A DNA stretch of 64,000 nt from Alphaproteobacteria bacterium (lineage in GTDB: Bacteria > Pseudomonadota > Alphaproteobacteria > SP197). The stretch covers positions 32,001 to 96,000 of the forward strand of contig OZ219917.1 of the NCBI GenBank assembly GCA_964291415.2. The letters are read 5' to 3'. Each line of letters begins with the position of its first letter. Positions within the stretch are counted from its first letter, which is position 1. Shown here piece after piece: positions 61,168-64,000 of the stretch. The translations under genes were made by a program, and so were the position numbers. Below the pieces are notes generated by a model that saw only the letters and a program-made list of their open reading frames with translations, was not told where the DNA came from and searched no databases.

Positions 61168-62067
61168 ATGGTCGACGTCTCCCACTACCGGGGCGATCTG
61201 ATCGATCGCGCCAGCGAGCTGCGCCGGGACGATCAGTGGATTGCCGCCAGGCTGCGCGATCCCGCAACCCGGCTCGTTCCCGTTCATCGGGGGCGCAACC
61301 TGCTGCGCGGCATAAACGCGGCCTTCCTGGCGCCCGGCGATGTCGATGGATTCCCCGACGATCCCCTGATGGAGCCCATCTTTCTGGGAATCGACGAGGT
61401 GGGTCCGCTGTTTGCCGTCGACGTGTCGCATCTCGAAGAAGGGGTTCTCGCCAGCCCCGGAACGGACTGCGTCCTCGAGGAACTCTACGGCATCGCGACA
61501 CAGCTGTTTCGCCGCGACGCCTCGCTTCTCTCCCATGCGGCCTGGCTCGTGCGATGGCGGCGGCACCACCGCTATTGCGGTGTCTGCGGCCATGTCACCG
61601 AATCGCGGGAGGCCGGGCACGTGCGGGTCTGCACCAACGAGACGTGCAGGACCCTCGCCTTTCCGAGGACCGACCCGGCGGTCATCATGGTGACCGAGTT
61701 CGCCGACCGGTGCCTGCTGGCCCGCCAGAAAAACTGGCCGGGCGGCCTGCATTCCTGCCTGGCGGGGTTTGTCGAACCCGGCGAATCGGCGGAAGAGGCG
61801 GTGGTGCGCGAGGTGCGCGAGGAATCGGGCCTCGAGGTACGCGATGTCCGCTACCACGCCACCCAGCCATGGCCCTATCCGTCCTCGCTCATGCTGGGCT
61901 ACTTTGCCATCGCCACGCACGACGTCGTCGTCATCGATACCGACGAACTGGCCGCCGCCCGCTGGTTCACCCGCGACGAACTCGTGTCGCTCCCCGACGG
62001 CGTCGAACTGCCACGCCGCGATTCCATCGCCCGCGCCCTGATCGACGCCTGGATTGCCTCGGGCTAG
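61168..62067 (+). CDS. nudC: NADH pyrophosphatase / NAD-cap decapping Nudix enzyme
   Basis: YCGVCG...C..C zinc finger, FPRTDPAVI, Nudix box AGFVEPGESAEEAVVREVREESG and QPWPYPSSLM. Confidence 0.95.
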   Translation: MVDVSHYRGDLIDRASELRRDDQWIAARLRDPATRLVPVHRGRNLLRGINAAFLAPGDVDGFPDDPLMEPIFLGIDEVGPLFAVDVSHLEEGVLASPGTDCVLEELYGIATQLFRRDASLLSHAAWLVRWRRHHRYCGVCGHVTESREAGHVRVCTNETCRTLAFPRTDPAVIMVTEFADRCLLARQKNWPGGLHSCLAGFVEPGESAEEAVVREVREESGLEVRDVRYHATQPWPYPSSLMLGYFAIATHDVVVIDTDELAAARWFTRDELVSLPDGVELPRRDSIARALIDAWIASG

Positions 62068-62104
62068 AGTGACGGTCGCCTTTTTCGAGCACGAGGAGCC
62101 GCCC

Positions 62105-62875
62105 ATGAGCCGTCTCGAGGTCCACCAGATTCCGGTTCTCTCCGACAACTACGTCTATCTGGCGCATTGCCCCGAGACGGCGGCCACGGCGGTCGTCGAC
62201 CCGGCGGTCACGAAACCCGTGCTCGACGCGGCCGCGGACAAGGGATGGTCCATCACGCACATCATCAACACCCACCATCACGACGACCACACGGGCGGCA
62301 ATCTCGACATCAAGCGGGCCACGGGGTGCACCATTGTCGGGCCGGGACCGGACCGCAACCGCATCCCGGGGATCGACATCATGGTCGACGAGGGCGACAC
62401 CTTCATGCTCGGGGCGGCCGAGGCCCGTGTCTTCTTCGTCCCCGGGCACACGCGCGGGCACATTGCATACTGGTTCGCCGACTCGGCGGCGCTCTTCTGC
62501 GGCGACACCATGTTCGCCATGGGGTGCGGCCGGCTGTTCGAGGGGACCCCGGTGCAGATGTGGGCTTCACTGCAGAAGCTCATGGATCTGCCCGGCGACA
62601 CGCGCGTCTACTGTGCCCACGAGTACACCCAGACCAACGGCCGGTTTGCGCTCACGGTCGATCCGCAGAACACCGACCTCGTGCGCCGCATGACGGTTGT
62701 CGACGACATGCGCTCCAGGGATCTGCCGACAGTTCCCTCGACCATCGCCGAGGAACGGGCGACCAACCCCTTCCTGCGGCCGCGCGACCCGCTTGTCATG
62801 AAGGCCCTCGGCATGGAGGGCGCCGATCCGGTGACGGTGTTCGCCGAACTGCGCGCCCGCAAGGACAGGTTCTAG
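62105..62875 (+). CDS. gloB: Hydroxyacylglutathione hydrolase (glyoxalase II)
   Basis: DNY, THHHDDHTGG, PGHTRGH, GDT..GCGR and CAHEYT motifs. Confidence 0.95.
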   Translation: MSRLEVHQIPVLSDNYVYLAHCPETAATAVVDPAVTKPVLDAAADKGWSITHIINTHHHDDHTGGNLDIKRATGCTIVGPGPDRNRIPGIDIMVDEGDTFMLGAAEARVFFVPGHTRGHIAYWFADSAALFCGDTMFAMGCGRLFEGTPVQMWASLQKLMDLPGDTRVYCAHEYTQTNGRFALTVDPQNTDLVRRMTVVDDMRSRDLPTVPSTIAEERATNPFLRPRDPLVMKALGMEGADPVTVFAELRARKDRF

Positions 62876-62895
62876 GCCTGTGGGCCGGCGGCGGA

Positions 62896-63777
62896 TCAGC
62901 CGCTGGCGTCACCACCCTGGCTGCTCCACCACGCCGTCCACCGGTCGTAGTCCGGTCCGATGTCGGCGCCGGTGATGGTGCGCAGCGACCACGAGGAGAA
63001 CCAGCGAACATCCTGCGAGGTGTCCTGGAGGGCCTCGATCAGCGCCGATACCGCCGCCGGGTCGCCGATGCGGCCAAGCGACCATGCCGCCTCCCAGCGA
63101 ACGCGGTCATGTTCGTCCTCGAGGGCCTCGACGAGCGCCGGCACAGCCTCCGGATCGGCGGTGTCGCCGAGGGCCGAGGCCACCGAAAAGCGCACTTCAT
63201 GGCCAGGTTCGTCGAGAGCGGGGAGAACGCTCGCCACTCCCCAGACATCGATCATGACATTGACCAGCGCCTCGAGAAAGCCGTCCGGCTTCACCAGCGC
63301 TTCACGAAACGGGGCATTCTCCGGCTTGTCGTACCCGTGATCGATCAGGATCTCGAAGGGACGTTCGACCGTGGACGTGAAGAGGCGCATGCTTTCGACC
63401 GCCCCGGGACCGGTGATCGCCACATCGCCGGCGAGGTCGGCGCCGGTGTAGAGAAAGGCTCTCTCCTGGCCAACGTAGAGCCTGCCGAGTGCCCGCCCCT
63501 CCAGGGAGACCTGGAGTTCCCAGCTCTCGCCGCCGGCGTCACCGTCGAGGGGCTCGATGTCCGCCGCCAGGAGCATGTCCTCGGCATAGTCGACGAGCGG
63601 CAGTTCATAGTCCTCCAGAATGTGGGGCTCGGGCAGTGACGCCTTGCGGTACTCGAACACCTGTTCGATGGTGATCACGACCACATCGGGAAGCGGCGCC
63701 CGGGAGGCGTCGGAGCGGGAAGGCGCCAGCACGAGGCCGGCAACGGCTACCAGAATGAAGAGCGCACGCCTGGACAT
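62896..63777 (-). CDS. Exported protein with C-terminal HEAT/PBS-lyase-like repeats
   Basis: N-terminal signal peptide; three repeats such as ALEDEHDRVRWEAAWSLGRIGDPAAVSAL. Confidence 0.85.
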   Translation of the reverse strand: MSRRALFILVAVAGLVLAPSRSDASRAPLPDVVVITIEQVFEYRKASLPEPHILEDYELPLVDYAEDMLLAADIEPLDGDAGGESWELQVSLEGRALGRLYVGQERAFLYTGADLAGDVAITGPGAVESMRLFTSTVERPFEILIDHGYDKPENAPFREALVKPDGFLEALVNVMIDVWGVASVLPALDEPGHEVRFSVASALGDTADPEAVPALVEALEDEHDRVRWEAAWSLGRIGDPAAVSALIEALQDTSQDVRWFSSWSLRTITGADIGPDYDRWTAWWSSQGGDASG

Positions 63778-63815
63778 GACACGGCCATTCTAAACCGCAT
63801 CACCCGGTGGAGTCC

Positions 63816-64000
63816 CTACTTCGTCTCTGCTTCCAGCCACGCCTCCAGGGCGGCCGCGCCGCGTTCCCGCGTGGCGTCATCAAGAGTGCCCTCGAGGTTG
63901 GCCAGGTTCGTCGACGCGATGTCGTCACCCGCCCGGGCAGCAAGGCTGAGCCACAGATAGGCACCGACGGGGTCGTATGGTTCCACGGTCAGGAGCAGGA
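63816..64000 (-). CDS. C-terminus of a Sel1-like repeat protein (5'-partial)
   Basis: DPVGAYLWLSLAARAGDDIASTNLANLEGTL...ALEAW*, typical of a terminal Sel1 repeat and capping helix. Confidence 0.7.
   Translation of the reverse strand, partial: LLLTVEPYDPVGAYLWLSLAARAGDDIASTNLANLEGTLDDATRERGAAALEAWLEAETK

Overview
High-GC alphaproteobacterial chromosomal segment (Rhodospirillales/Rhizobiales-like gene content and order; taxonomy is inferred, not established). It is mostly housekeeping genes: ybbP-ybbA/tesA-thpR, phhB, acetoacetate-CoA ligase, ialB-rlmN-argG, folD-yggT, rpmH-rnpA-yidD-yidC, sodC, znuA/znuCB, a valine-degradation cluster, dapD-argB, aapJQMP, yihA-truA-fmt-def, recR-ybaB-dnaX-ffs, nudC-gloB. 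Accessory patches are interspersed: (i) 0.7-10 kb, orphan uptake proteins and catabolic enzymes (polyamine-type SBP, BCCT carrier, EamA, an atypical GGT-family hydrolase, a Tat-exported peptide-type SBP, OsmC, PhyH) plus gene remnants; (ii) 15.5-18.2 kb, two toxin-antitoxin loci whose toxins have decayed; (iii) 25.4-31.3 kb, an island with intact ParDE and a SNF2 ATPase + SWIM zinc-finger pair; (iv) 56.3-58.3 kb, a GT25 + methyltransferase islet with a possible solo IS end. The best leads are the SNF2/SWIM/ParDE island, a single-chain three-domain Rid protein lacking the catalytic Arg, a GGT homolog without the gamma-glutamyl-binding motif, and a ZnuA with a 93-bp His-rich tandem repeat upstream of a SodC with an altered Zn ligand. 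Three genes (SBP, def, GT25) each lack one base, which is most simply explained by sequencing/assembly indels. No CRISPR array, tRNA, rRNA, integrase or transposase was found. All assignments come from motif recognition by eye; no database searches were run.
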